From NCBI GenBank assembly GCA_951406725.2, contig OX597820.1, positions 41,726,001 through 41,790,000 of the forward strand: 64,000 bases of DNA, given 5' to 3'. The notes beneath the pieces are model-generated. The model was given only the letters and a program-made list of their open reading frames with translations, was not told where the DNA came from and searched no databases. This document shows positions 14,513 through 29,344 of this stretch, piece after piece. The position numbers were made by a program, and so were the translations under genes. The DNA comes from Octopus vulgaris. Its lineage: Eukaryota. How positions within the stretch are numbered: position 1 is the first letter of the stretch; every line of letters begins with the position of its first letter.

Positions 14513-14883
14513 GTATATATAAGTACAAAGTAAATCATATATCTTTATACAGTACAACCATTTGAGTAAAATTCTTTGGTCTTTCGTGATTGTGAATATT
14601 CATGTAATGAATTTTCATTCAAAATGGTAATTAGCTACATTGACGTCTTGGAGTTGAAGAATAGTAGTTGTGGAGTTCATGGCTTTCCCAAAGGCATAAG
14701 TGGAGTAACTAAGTTGAATGACTACAAAGGGTAATCAAATCTAGTTTGCAGGCTTTCTTCACAAGAAGAAAACCATCTTTGTAACACCTTTCACCACATT
14801 AATATGTATTACATATATACTTACGCATATATATTCACTTATGTTTGCATATGCGTTTATATGCTTCAAGACACACACACACA

Positions 14884-14923
<40 letters not shown>

Positions 14924-16061
14924 ATAAACATATATACTTTATATGTTAAACCTCTTTATATATACCACTGCGCGTTCTCACACTGTCCTACAAACGACAA
15001 TATATACATAGGAACAAATTCCGCACTCATTCACACATTAACATTTGCATGCATGCGAACAAAATTATATACGCACACAGACACACACTCACACACACTC
15101 ACATACACTCACACACATATATAATCAATTGGAAGCATTATTAGTTGGTAAAGCGTGAACATTAATAATAACTGATCTAGAATCTAGCGCCAAAAACCCA
15201 GGTTATTAATGCTGCTACTCAACAAAGAGCTCGATTGCGATATCCTATTTACACGGGTACTCTCTTTGTTATTATTCGAATTATTCTCTTAAATCTCAAA
15301 TGGCTAGAACTAAAATCTCTTGTGGTCTTGATATATTGACCTCCTCTTCCACTTCACTCTACTGGACATTGCTCCCTTATGTCTCATCAAATTCTTTAGA
15401 AGTGGATTGGACACTGCAATTCACCACTTAGTATTGGTGCAATGGATTTTTCGCTACGGATTGGGATATGCGATTTGTAAGGAAGTAGTAGTACAGTGGT
15501 GGTAGGAGCGATGTTGTCTTTATTCTTAATGTTGAAGCTGAAGACAAGAGTGGTGGTGGTAGGGTTAGCGGTAATGTTACTGTCGGAGGAGTTTGCAACG
15601 AAAATGAGATTGTTATTCTTTTTGTTAATAGCGTGATGTTGGATATAGCGGTAATAGCATTATTGTTGTTATTGTTTTGGTTATGAATAGTGTTAATACT
15701 TGATGTCGGTTGAGTTGGTGCTAATGCTTGTAATTGGTGTTGCTATTTGGAGATATCTAGTGTTGCTGGAAGTCGTGGAGAAATTATTGTTTTTGCCGAT
15801 TTTAATTTTGGTGTCAGTGAAGGAGATGTTTGTACGGGGGAGATGTGGGCTTAAGGTTTTTAATTGTAGTTGGTAATGTATCAATTTATGCATTGTTCTA
15901 GATATTGGTAATGTAGGAAGTTTTCTGTTGGGGTTTTACAGTGGGCAATGCAGTTTGTATATGTGAATGTTAGGCAACCTGATCTTCGATCTTAAACATC
16001 TAATGATATTGACTGTAATTGCAAATTTGGTTATACAGGTGATGCCTCGGTTTCGGTTATA

Positions 16062-16405
16062 AGGCGCAGGAGTGGCTGTGTGGTAAGTAAATTGCTTACC
16101 GACTACATGGTTCCGGGTTCAGTCCTACTGCGGGGAACCTTGAGCAAGTGTCTTATACTATAGCCTCGGCTGACCAAATCCTTGTATGTGTTTGCCCCCC
16201 CCCCATCACCACCACCATCATCGGTTGACAACCGATGTTGGTGTGTGTACGACCCCCGCAACTTAGCGGTTCGGCAAAAGTAACCGATAGTATAAGTACT
16301 AGGCTTACAAAGAATCAGCTCTGGGGGCGATTTGTTCGACTAAAGACTGTGCTCCAGCATGGCCGCAGTCAAATTGATTGAAACAAATGAAAGAATAAAA
16401 GAATT
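16062..16405 (+). mobile_element. SINE family A with internal deletion
   Basis: Head aggcgcaggagtggctgtgtggtaag (A box) and ggttcagtcc (B box), then gacaaccgatgttggtgtg, ending gaataaaagaa. Confidence 0.85.
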
Positions 16406-17129
16406 AAGGAATATGTGACAAAGCGAAGGTGTGAAACTTTTCGTAGTTGTTGAAAATATTGTTAATATACGAGGTGTGCATGTGTGTGTGTGTATGTGTG
16501 TGTGTAATGTTAGTAACGATGTTAATATTGGTATTGTATGGTAGTGCGGTGGTGATATCAGTGTTAGTGGAAGATATGCTAGCGGAAAATGTGAAAAAGC
16601 TGTTTCTGGAAATCACGGCGTTTTGATTCTAGATGAAATTGATGGCGTTGAGGATACTGTTGGTCTAAAAGATGTCGGAGACGGTGATAAATCAGGGAAT
16701 GCCTAAAGACCTACTGCTGTTTATTGTCAGGAAAGAATGTCATTATGAAGTAACAATGCTGTTGCTACCGCTACCAAGTGTCGGCTATGAATTTATTGTT
16801 GTTTTTGTTGCCGACACTGACAAGGATCGTGGTGGTAATGAGAAGACACCTAACGCAAAAATGAAGGAAGAGGAGGAGGTTTGTGAAGGAGGGTGTCGAG
16901 GTGAAGGGTGAGGAGGAGAAGAGTGACAGGGAGAATTGGGAGAAGAATGAGAAGCGGAGGAAAGATGGGGGGGGGGGCGAACAATGGATTATTGGAAGTG
17001 TGCGGGAGCGGGGAGGGTTGAAAAACAGTTGCATGAGCTGATGACAGTAATATTTTAAAGATTATTGCCAGTGCCTCTTATGGTGATCTCACTGCTACGA
17101 TGATCAACACCACGACCACTCTCACTGCT

Positions 17130-17157
17130 ATCACCACCACCACCACCACCACCACCA

Positions 17158-17190
<33 letters not shown>

Positions 17191-17227
17191 TTACAACAAC
17201 TACTACTGCTGCTGCTACTATTATTAT

Positions 17228-17274
<47 letters not shown>

Positions 17275-17301
17275 TTACTACTACTACTGCTGCTGTAGCT
17301 T

Positions 17302-17345
<44 letters not shown>

Positions 17346-17358
17346 GCTGCTGCAGCTT

Positions 17359-17415
<57 letters not shown>
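17130..17415. repeat. Compound (ACC)/(ACT)/(GCT) microsatellite
   Basis: Seen directly. Confidence 0.95.
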
Positions 17416-17789
17416 TCTCTTGCTATTGATTCTGATGATAATGTTATTGGCTATGGTGATCGTTGCTGTCAGAACGTTGAATAATGTGCTTATACTGATG
17501 ATAAATGTATTAAAGTTAGGAATAATTAAGCTGGTATTGATATTGTTTTTATCATTCATTTTTTAAAGGCAGTAGGCTTGTAACTTAAGGAGAATTTGGC
17601 TGCTGTTACTAGCAGGTCGTGTGTCTGCATACAGGCTTCCTCTCCATCTCTATGGCTTTCGTAAAGCCAGATATACTAGAGTCATGATCGTCAATGTTAC
17701 TCACTAGTAGGTTCTTATTCTCAAGGTATATGGTGAAAACAGTATAGTTACCGTTGAAATCACCGAAGATTTCGACCCTCTCTCAGACG

Positions 17790-18000
17790 TAATGTCATAG
17801 GAAAAGTATCCAAAAAAGGGCTCCATAAGCCACTCGTCTCTTGGATACGTGTTTTCCTCTCAAATCGCACCATTGTGAGATGTCTTAATAGAATACACTC
17901 TAAGCCATATTCTAACAAGTCTGGTGAGTGTCAAGACTCAATTTCGCTCTCCACTATCTCCTGCGTGCCGACGATATACTTAACATCCACTCCAACAACA
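17790..18000 (+). mobile_element. Degraded LINE reverse transcriptase fragment (Jockey/CR1-like)
   Basis: Reads GLHKPLVSWIRVFLSNRTIVRCLNRIHSKPYSNKSGECQDS, then ADDI after a frameshift; resembles WIxxFLxxR...GVPQGS...ADD. Confidence 0.6.
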
Positions 18001-18457
18001 CCAAAAATTTAACAAATTATAACGCACTCTCCCCGTCAAATACTACAGACGGGAGTCACCCAAAAGAGTAATCCTCAGACGGGAAACTGTTTGGAAAACA
18101 TGTACTAGATTTTATCTGTCACAATATTTCTGTTCAAATTATTTCAGGGACCTTGACTGAAATATTTCTAATGATATTTCATGACATATATCAATCATGT
18201 CAAACTCTTGTATGTTACAATCTCATGGGCTAGCATTGTTCATTTTTTTTCTATTGCTGGTACTGTAATTTTTTTTCTACTTTATAACCAAATAAGTCTG
18301 ATCGAGCAGGCACATGAAAAGGTCATCCGGCCCGTAACCATTTTCCCCTTTTTATAAACATGGATTTCATTATTGAATGTTCTATTCTTCGTAGATACCA
18401 GAATTGGATTTTACCAAGATTTGGCTACTAATTGTGGCGAGTCTCACGAATAGCTCT

Positions 18458-18506
<49 letters not shown>

Positions 18507-18724
18507 AGGTGTGCAAGTACTGTAGTTTGGTCATATAATTGTTTATTCTTGTTATGATTGCATTCAGGCCCTTTATGTTTGGATTATAAAAAAACGAAAA
18601 GATAGAAAACAGCATCACGCAAATAAAACAAAATGCTAATTAAATACTCGAGTCAACATGATGGAATATACCTATTTTCAAAATTTCTGTTCATGTGCTT
18701 ATATCATTATTATTATTGTTGTTA

Positions 18725-19145
18725 ATGCGGCGAGCTGATAGCCCACCAGGCAAAATGCTTTATGGTATTTCATCTATCTCTACGTTCTGAGTTCAAATTC
18801 CACCGAAGTCAAAAGAATAAATACCATATGAGTATTGGGACAATGTAATCGATTTAGCTACACCCTTGAAAATGCTGGTTTGTTTCAAAATTTGAAACCA
18901 TTAATTCTTACTATGATTTTTTTTGCTCTTGTAAAAGCTGCTTGTCAGTAGAATCGGACTAATTCTTAGTGTTATTTCTTCTGACTGTTTACGTCCTGAG
19001 ATTCTGAGTTCAAATCCTGCTGAGGCCACCTTTACCTTATTTTGCCTTGTCAGGGTACATAAAATACATACCAGTAAAGTACTGAAGTCGATGTATTCGA
19101 CTATTTACCCACCTTCTAAGATTGATTGCCTTATTCTAAAATTAT
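18725..19145 (+). mobile_element. Two tandem SINE family B copies
   Basis: gcggcgagctg..aaatgctt..ttctgagttcaaattccaccgaagtc, then a second ttctgagttcaaatcctgctgaggccacctttacctt..gtcgatgtattcgact..gccttattctaaaattatt. Confidence 0.7.
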
Positions 19146-19342
19146 TAATATGCTGGTTTGTCTCGGGTTCGGTCTGATTCGGTCTAATACCTGTAACCTC
19201 AAGAATCCACACGTTTTCAGCAGACTTTCAAGTGCTTAGGACACTCCTGATAATCCTTGCTGTCCGTAAGAGACAAACATTCTGTAGGAGTTCTACCAGG
19301 CATTCTATTTCAATCACCCTTAGCTATTTTTCTATATCTTGT
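19146..19342 (-). mobile_element. RLE-type LINE (R4/Dong-like) extreme 3' end
   Basis: Minus strand reads QDIEK*LRVIEIECLVELLQNVCLLRTARIIRSVLST*, homologous to QKIALLGTAHILRRTLS at 37732-37790; an ~80-nt UTR runs into TAA. Confidence 0.7.
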
Positions 19343-19431
19343 GAATATCATTTGCCTATATATATTATATATATATTATCATTTTCATTAGCATTTTCTT
19401 TCAATTCCGTTTCCATTTCTTGTCGAGTGTC

Positions 19432-19745
<314 letters not shown>

Positions 19746-19910
19746 ATGTGGCGACCCGGGAGAATCATTAGCACGCACGGACAAAATGCTTAGAGCATTT
19801 CCACAGTCTTTACGTTCTGAATCGATAAACTAAGAAGAACTCACCGAGTACTGGGATCGATGTGATCGACCTACTACGAAATTCCTGGCATTTTGCCAAA
19901 ACCTGAAACA
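19746..19910 (+). mobile_element. SINE family B with internal deletion
   Basis: gtggcgacccgggagaatcattagcacg..aaaatgcttag..ttacgttctga..gtactgggatcgatgtgatcgac. Confidence 0.7.
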
Positions 19911-20029
19911 GTTATCACCGTTTTTGTCTATTTTTATTAAACTTGCTTCGTATTGATATGATTGTAGTTTATTTCTATTTATTCGTATTCCACTTAATTA
20001 TAATCATAATAGTAATAATAATAATAATG

Positions 20030-20133
<104 letters not shown>

Positions 20134-20611
20134 GATTACTTCAATGTGTATATGATTGTATTTATCTATCTCTATGAAGTCTCCATATATGATATATATA
20201 TATATATAAACACATATATATGCATATTTGTATTATGTATATGTACATATAGATATACACACACTTACACACATACATACGAACGCAAACACACGCACAA
20301 TCATAAACAGAACTACCGCACATGTGTAAGCGCATTCGTTTATCTGTGTGCATATTAAACCACGTAATAATCTCCATTATATTGAGACATTCTATTAAAC
20401 AGATACAAAGATACAAATGATGTAGCTGGAAAAAAAATTTGTGGAATATTACAAGGAAACATTTTTCCACATTTGCATGAAATAATAATATGTATACATT
20501 ATAAACACTGGGAGGTTCGAAAGAACATATTTGATACAGATACCAAGTTAATATCTGGCACGTATAACTATTATGATGACCTGTTGCATTAAATATACAT
20601 ATACATACATA

Positions 20612-20658
<47 letters not shown>

Positions 20659-21152
20659 CATATACAGACTAAACACCAAAATAGAAATACAAAAAGTATG
20701 TGCGTATGCAGGCATGTATGTAGAGATGTATGTAATATATACATAAATAATATATATGTTACATAAATCAAGTAATGGATACAGATACATGTATGTAACT
20801 ACCTTCTACTCCCACATCTATCATATGTGGGGATATAATAGGGTAGCAATCTGAATTCTTTATGAATATTTATTTGATAAAATTTTGAAAATAAAATGAG
20901 GGTAAATGAATATTTATCGGATTGAATATCCGATCATAAATAGAAATTTATGTCCATATATTTAGGGGAACAAATTTCCGAATAATGATGATGATGATGA
21001 TGATAATGATGATATGTATATATATATATGCATATGTATAAACATCCTGTTATGCTTGTTTATAGGATTGTATGTATGTATAACTATACCCGTATATATA
21101 TATATACATACATACATACATGCATGCATGCATACATACATACATACATACA

Positions 21153-21188
<36 letters not shown>

Positions 21189-21194
21189 CACCCA

Positions 21195-21226
<32 letters not shown>

Positions 21227-22156
21227 GGTATGCACATATACAATCCTATTTATGAGTATACATTCATGCACTCAATTGTATATAAATATAGCAATATGCA
21301 TGCATGTATGTATGTATGTATGTATGTATGTATGTATGCATGCATGTATGTATGGCTGTATGTATGTATGTCGAAACATACACACGTGAGGAATAATGAA
21401 AGAATAAGATAGTGGAAGGGAAAGACTGACATATAGACATCACGACAGAGAGAAAGTTCGTGTTCTCCTATATTTCCTATCTTGTATGTGAATATATGCA
21501 TAATGTGACGTACATCTATGTATCCCGTTGATTTAAGTAGATATAAAATGACAATTTTGTTGTAGCTTATTCCTTTTGAATGGGTTCAATATTCGTTTTT
21601 CTCCAATATGTTTTTATAGGGAGGAAAATCAGTTTTGAAAGATATTAATGTCAGTGTATGCACTTATATAACTGTAGAGTAATGAAGATATAAGGCTGTA
21701 GAAGAATACAATGAAACACATACACTCCCATTCCCCACAGCCCAACACTCGCAAACGCTCTCACATACATTGATGACACAGGTATCACGCAAACAAGGAC
21801 GTAGGAAATATATTCATATTCCAAGATAGATAATTGTATATAATGCGCAATAGGATATGTGTGTCGTCTGTCTTTGGATTCCTATATGTGTATATGTGCA
21901 TATATATCTATGTGTATACACATACATAAACATACACATATGTATACACACACATATATAAGTATATATATATATATATACATATATACATATATACATA
22001 CATATATGTATATATATGTGTGTGTGTGTGTGTACATGTATATACATGTGTGTCTGTATGTGTATATATATAAATGCATACACACACATACACATACATA
22101 TATACGTACGTTTCTCTCTCTATAGATACACGTATGTATAAATAAATATGTGTGTA

Positions 22157-22188
<32 letters not shown>

Positions 22189-22428
22189 CATATATATACA
22201 TATATAGATAGATAGATAGATAGATAGTTATACAGATACATACGTACATGCATACATACACTTGTATGGATTCAAATATATTTAGATATTACAATTTATA
22301 GATAGACAGACAGAAAAAAGACAAATATAAATTACCATGCGTAGAGACAGGTGGTATTTTAATCTATTCACTTCTGTTTAATGTATAAAATAGAGAAACC
22401 ATGTACTGGTTTATAGAAAAGAAATTTT

Positions 22429-22459
<31 letters not shown>

Positions 22460-22849
22460 CTATAACATACACGCGCGCACATGCACACACATACACAAAC
22501 GCATACATTTATATACATACACACGCACACACACATATAGACATACACAAACACAATTACACATATTTGAAATCTAACATGCTAAGAAAAACAGAGACAT
22601 TTATTTGTATGACTAGTGTGTGCTTGGGTACAGCAAACGTATCTGATCTAGTCTCAACATAAATATTTGGCAATGTGTATTTGGGATATTAGACCACGAC
22701 ATATATGGAACAGAACGATATATATATATATAATCAAAATAAGCAACAAGGATATCCAAGGTAGAGTAGTACAATTGTTTAATGCTACTTCATTTTATTA
22801 AACACTAAGTATTACATCAGTTTTAAAACTGATGTAATACTTACAGTGT

Positions 22850-23405
22850 TTCATATATGTGATTGAGTACAAAGTGAGCAACGTTTTGAAACATGTAGTA
22901 TTTGTACAGGATTTTTGCAGATTTTTGAATTTTTTTTAACAATGTTTTGAAATTGCCTGATAATACAGACATAGACTTGCCCAAATGCATCAATAAATTG
23001 ACATTGATTTTTTTCACCGTTATTTCAATCATCTGAAATGGAACTGTCAACGCATAATATTCGAGCAATTTTGCTATTCAGCTTCAAAAAAGGACGTAAA
23101 GCAGCTGAAACAGCACGCGATATCAACGAAACGTTTTTGAGGAAATGACCAGTGAGTGGTCAACTCGAAAATGGTGAGTCCTCAGTCTTGGAAATCGTAA
23201 GCATAATGGACGCCCATCTGCCATCGATTACAGTCTATTAAAGACCGTCATTGAGAAAGATCTACGTAAAACCACCTGAGAACTGACAAAAGAACAAGTT
23301 AGCCAGAAAACTGCCTGCATCCATTTTGAAAAAATATATCTTCTACTTGTTCTACAATACATTTCAACGCTTGAAATACAAACTTATGTTTGTTTACATA
23401 TGATG

Positions 23406-23410
<5 letters not shown>
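22850..23410 (+). mobile_element. Mariner-type transposon remnant (N-terminal HTH only)
   Basis: About 23057-23175 reads NIRAILLFSFKKGRKAAETARDINETF/EEMTSEWSTRKW, a Mos1/SETMAR-type HTH; no catalytic domain is present. Confidence 0.75.
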
Positions 23411-23456
<46 letters not shown>

Positions 23457-23457
<1 letters not shown>

Positions 23458-23614
23458 GAAGGTCTTCTTTCAGTTTCCGTCTACCAAATCCACTCACAAA
23501 ACTTTGATCTGCCCGTGGCTATAGTAGAGGACACTTGCCCAAGTTGCCACGCAGTGGGAATGAACTCATAACTATGTGGTTGGGAAGCAAGCTTCTTACC
23601 ACACAGCCACACCT
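23457..23614 (-). mobile_element. SINE family A 5' half
   Basis: cttctttcagtttccgtctaccaaatccactcac..gacacttgcccaag..cttaccacacagccac. Confidence 0.85.
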
Positions 23615-24582
23615 AATCATGCATTATATATATATGCATACCTATAAATGTATATAAAAACACACACGTACACATACATGCATATATACATACACACTGA
23701 CAGATAGACAGACATGTTTACATGCATATTATTATCTCTGTTATTCACTTTGTTTATTGCTTGTTTTAAAATTTTATTGCCCTCTGTTTGTATCCATGCA
23801 AGATTTTACGGTATTATGCCTTATTTTTCTGAAACATTTTAAATTCAAAAATAGTTCGGAATTGCAAGAAGCGGTACATCATCAGTTTTAATGCATTATA
23901 ATAAACACCTTTTCTTCTGGACATTAGATATCTTATAAATTGGATACGCGTTGACATAGAAATCAGCACCTGGAATTGACCCAATGAGAGCACGTTTATC
24001 GATAACGTACGATGCTCTCACTGTATACAGGTTATTCGTTTCTTTTGACTACGCTCTAGACTGAAGATACACAAGGAAAAGAAAATTAGTTTGTGAGCTG
24101 TTCATGCCTTTAAGTTCGAGAAATCAAAAACGTGACGTAGAATCGGCTAAACGTGAGGTTTTTCGCAACCCTACAGGCTATCTCAAAATGTTCTATAATA
24201 AGAATTATTTCATTGACACGAGGTCATACATTCATGAAAAATCGGATGCAATCATTTTAATGAAATCTAGCTCTTGCTTGACACCGGAATCTTAACTTCT
24301 GAAGGAAGAAATGTAAATTCAAGCCCAGCAAGTCAGGCACCCAGAAAGTAGAGCGGCAAAAAATCAAAACCTATGCCACAAGAATTATTCTAACGCTTAT
24401 AAATACTATATTGTAGTACTGTACGGAAGAAACAATACGCCAATTAAATCACTATCTCCCTTCTCTCACCCTCTCTCTATTTCTCTTTCTCTTTCTCTCT
24501 CTCTCTCTCTGTTTCCCTGTCGCCCTCTCTTTCACTCTCCATCTCACCACTCTCTCTTTCTCTCGTTCTCTGTCAAACACAC

Positions 24583-24644
<62 letters not shown>

Positions 24645-25384
24645 TGTTTCGGGCTACCTATTTCTCGCTCACGCAAACCATATTTTACCCTCCTCAAATT
24701 AACGAACACATGCTTATTAAACTTCCTGTTTTTCTTTCGCCAGATCTCTGCTCCCATCTGACACCTATCCCGTCCACTTTCTTATATCGCATTGTCATCA
24801 GTGGGTTATTTTTGATGTTGTTTCATTTATATGTTTATTTATGTGTAACCTATTTCTTATATTCTAATTATTTTTTATTTCATTATTTTCTTTCTTCATC
24901 TAGTGTCCACTCAAGAACTGACGTCTTTTTATAACACTCGGGTCCATACACAGGATGGGACGTCGTGTCGTTTGCTCTCGTCCAATCACTATAGACTATA
25001 GCCAAGTTTATTTTTAGAGTACATAAACTCTTCCAAACAACCGTATATCTTGCGCTTGCATTCAGTCGTACATACGTACTGAGAAAAATACATGCCCACT
25101 AACGATCCAACCAACTCAACAACCGATATGCCCATCATTTAGTAGGAGCCAGAATTTTCATTCTACTCTTATAAGAATGATAAACTACATACTTAACATT
25201 TCCCTCAGTTACATTTAGTACACACGCACGCACACGACCACCACACCATTCTTTCATTCATACCTACTTACCTACCTACCTACCTACCTACATACATACA
25301 TACATACTTATATATACATACACACATGCACGCACACACACACATATAAACACATACAGAGACACACATGTAAATATATATATA

Positions 25385-25433
<49 letters not shown>

Positions 25434-25849
25434 GGAGAGTGTATCTATATATACACACACGTACACATGGGTGTGTGTGTGTAGAGTGTATGCGCATACT
25501 CTTTTTGCTCTGCCATTTGACTTCCCGTTTAAAATTAATTAGTCAAAGCGACACCGACCGGAATTCAGTCTAGGGGACCTTCTAAAATTGCTTGACTTCT
25601 TAAAACCGTCTCAGATCTGAAGAATCTTTAAAGTGTAGGCCGGTGCCGTCCCTCCCATTCGGTATATTAACTTATGCACAAGCACACATTATAAAGAACG
25701 GTCTTTTCTTTTTTTTTGTTAGATTTGGAGATAGATAACTTTTTTTTTTTGTCAATGTGCTTCGTCTTATGTGTGTGTGATTGTGCGAGAGTATCACGTG
25801 TGTGCATGAGTTTGTGTGTGCGAATAAGTGATAACTAGTTCGTTACTCC

Positions 25850-26170
25850 TCTATCTTATTCTTCTTTCAGTCAATAGACTGTGGCCACGCTGGGGTACTA
25901 CCATGAATGAATGTAGTCGAACTAATCAACTCCAGTACTTGTTTCCCATAGACCAACCAGTTGTCAAGCGGTGGTCTGGGACAAATATAGATGCACAAAT
26001 ATACACACGCACACACAAACATATGAATATATATATATGAGGGACTTCTTTCAGTTTCTGTCAACTAAATCCAATCATAAGGCTTTCGTGGGTCTGGGGA
26101 ATAGCACTAGCCGAAGGTTCCTCACAGTGGGACTGAACCCGGCACCATGTGGTACAGCCGCTCCTGTACT
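25850..26170 (-). mobile_element. SINE family A, deleted copy
   Basis: ttcagtcaatagactgtggccacgctgggg..gttgtcaagcggtgg..cttctttcagtttctgtc..agtgggactgaacccgg. Confidence 0.7.
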
Positions 26171-27206
26171 TTATAATATATTTCCTTTGAAGTAATTCTT
26201 GAAGGCTATAAAATTTTCGTATGAAATACTCCACAATGTAGTATTCTAATTTCATTTATGAAACTATTTTATAAAAAGTAATTTTAAAAAAGCGTTCCTA
26301 GTAACCTAAACCAAACAGACGAAATGAGTAGTTCATTTGCATTTGTGAGGGTAGTCTAAACAAGAAACAGAAGAAATATGTCAACAGACTTTGTTCATGA
26401 AACATTGTCATTCGACTTTCTTATGCTTGATGTCTGCATGTAGTAGGCAAATGTAACAGGTTTTATTAACCAATGAAGGAATAGCAGCCTGTCGGCCACC
26501 TTGGCAATAGGTGCATCCACGGGCGTATTTTGCGCCTTGCCCTTTTACTCGAAACGGCCCAGTTTCAGAAGCCTACAGTTACGACTTCTTTTCGTACACA
26601 ATCGTTAACAGCATTTGTATATTCTCTCAGTTCATGATCGAAAATTAGTGTTTATTTATGGCTGCCTAAATGCTATATATGTACCACATAAGAATTACTT
26701 AATCAACTGATACCGACCTGAATATACACATAATATATTTCTTGATAAAATTATGTAAATGCTTTTATTTTTAATTAAATATTTTATAGTTAAACAAGTC
26801 AATTGTCAATGTAAGAATTACTGCACAACATATAGAATGCTTTTTTCTTTGCATGACATGCCATAACACATGCAAGAGCTGTTTATAGACGCTCAGATTT
26901 AATGGTAAAGTCTACATATCTATCGACCCTCTTTGAAAAGAGAAAAGATAGAAGAATGAAAGAAACAGTCCAGTCCTTCGAACGTCCATGCAGTAAAAGA
27001 AAGATCGTCACGTGAAGAAAAGATGGATGATGGTCACGTGTGAGCAACGAGAGAAAAGCAGAAGGAGGGAGACTCTACTCTTTACTGTTTTCCTCCTCCA
27101 TCCTTCTCTAATTCGTTTTTCCCCTTCACTGTTTTCTATATGTCTATCTGTCTGTCTCTCTGCTCTTATGTATTTCATGTTGTCTACACAGTTGGTGACG
27201 TCCTGT

Positions 27207-27257
<51 letters not shown>

Positions 27258-27445
27258 GTACATGCATAATTAAAAATCAGTCATTGTTTAACGATTTCTC
27301 AGTGGACAGCGTACTAACAAGACCATAATGATTAATTTATATTATATTTAAGTATAATTATAAAATATAATTATAAGGGTGCTCAAAACAGCAATGCCTG
27401 TTCGCCAGAAATAGACACCAAATAGTTTACAAAACCACTTAAGTT

Positions 27446-27483
<38 letters not shown>

Positions 27484-27563
27484 CACAAGTAAACAAGTAA
27501 ATGCAAAACAAGGTGGGAAAATGAATACTCGAATACCAACGGTACAGTAATAATTTTTGTATG

Positions 27564-27616
27564 ATCACAACTGTCCGACGAACAGTAACGTGAAACTTTG
27601 AGTAATAGTTTGTGAT
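27564..27616 (+). ncRNA. Minimal type I hammerhead ribozyme-like fold (U4C variant)
   Basis: Stem I atcacaactgt/atagtttgtgat, core CCGACGA, stem II ac/gt, GAAA, stem III act/agt, GUA triplet. Confidence 0.55.
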
Positions 27617-28052
27617 GAATTTTTCGGGTTCCATAAAAATGGCATATATATATATATGCATATATATATTTATATATATATATTAATATTACGTATTTGT
27701 ATGCATGTGTGTATGTATGTGTGAGCGCATGTGTGTGCAGTCATGCGTGTGTCACCTCTTCAGTTCACACCGCTCACATAAGAGATTGTGTTATTGTTAA
27801 TGTCTTGCGAACAAACGTTTCAAAGAATAGTAATCGATAAATAGAATCCTAGAGGGAAATATATACTAAGGATAGATATAATCTACTACACCCTTCCATG
27901 CAATCCTCTAGCTTGGCCAAAGTCCAGCGAGAGAGCCAACAAAAGAATAAAAGATTACGTGCGTGTGTATTAGCAGTTGTAAATACACACGTACACAAAC
28001 ACGCAGAAACACACACACACAGACATATATAAAGATATATACATATTTCTGG

Positions 28053-28115
<63 letters not shown>

Positions 28116-28158
28116 TATCTATACATATGTGTGTCATATATATATATATGCATATCTA

Positions 28159-28279
<121 letters not shown>

Positions 28280-28708
28280 TTCTTTATAACTCTCATAATG
28301 GCACTGTGGTTGTGGGCCAAGAGTTTAGCTTCCGGAAGAAGGTTCATTGTGGCTTATTAGCAGAGCTTTCATTTCACAGATCTGCTCGGTGTCAAATTGC
28401 GAGGTGGGGAAGTGCTGCAACAGAGAATAGTAAAAATATAAAATAAAACTCTCACTGACTCAGATCTTAAGTACTTGACCCAAGGTCAGCACTCACCATG
28501 AGGAGCTCATTATTAACCATTTTATTCTCACAGGCAATCCAATTATAATCTTGTACACTGAGTGGGACAGAGTGAGTCAGAATGGGTTAGAGTGGGACGG
28601 ACATCTCTCCCAATTATCACAAGACATACACATTGAGAGGGGTACATTAAGACAAGCATAGATGCTTTTATATATTTTATGAATGTATGCGTGATTGTCT
28701 ATGTATGT

Positions 28709-28808
<100 letters not shown>

Positions 28809-28824
28809 CATATATATCACATAC

Positions 28825-28872
<48 letters not shown>

Positions 28873-29344
28873 TTATGTAGTGTATATGTATAGGTTTGTA
28901 TATATATCTATGCATGTATCTTTTCATATATACACACACACACCACGCACATCATGATGTATATATATTTTACCGTATGTATGTGTTCGTGCGTATGTAT
29001 GTACGTGCGTGTGTGTGTTTGTGGTTTTGGGATTTAAGATTTTTAGCGTCTATGCTACCAAAATGAAACGTACGAATTTATTCATGAGTCTGTACAAACG
29101 CTACGCATGCGTGCACACACACGCAAGCATACGCATAATCATGTAATATATATATATATACATAAACATACATACATATATATTTTATATATATGCATAT
29201 ATTTTATTAACATATTATACGACTAAACGCACGCACCCTATTAAGTAAGATTGTTCTGTTTATCAAGTTCGCCTTGATATTAACTCTCACGCGACTCTGC
29301 ATCTTTCTTTCTTTCTCTCCCATTCCCTTTTTCGTCTTTTTTTC

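Noticed and set aside
15690-16010. Possible decayed retroelement coding remnant on the minus strand
   Set aside because: No diagnostic motif could be read in any frame.
16062-16140. tRNA gene
   Set aside because: A and B boxes are present but there is no full cloverleaf, and the sequence runs on into the SINE body.
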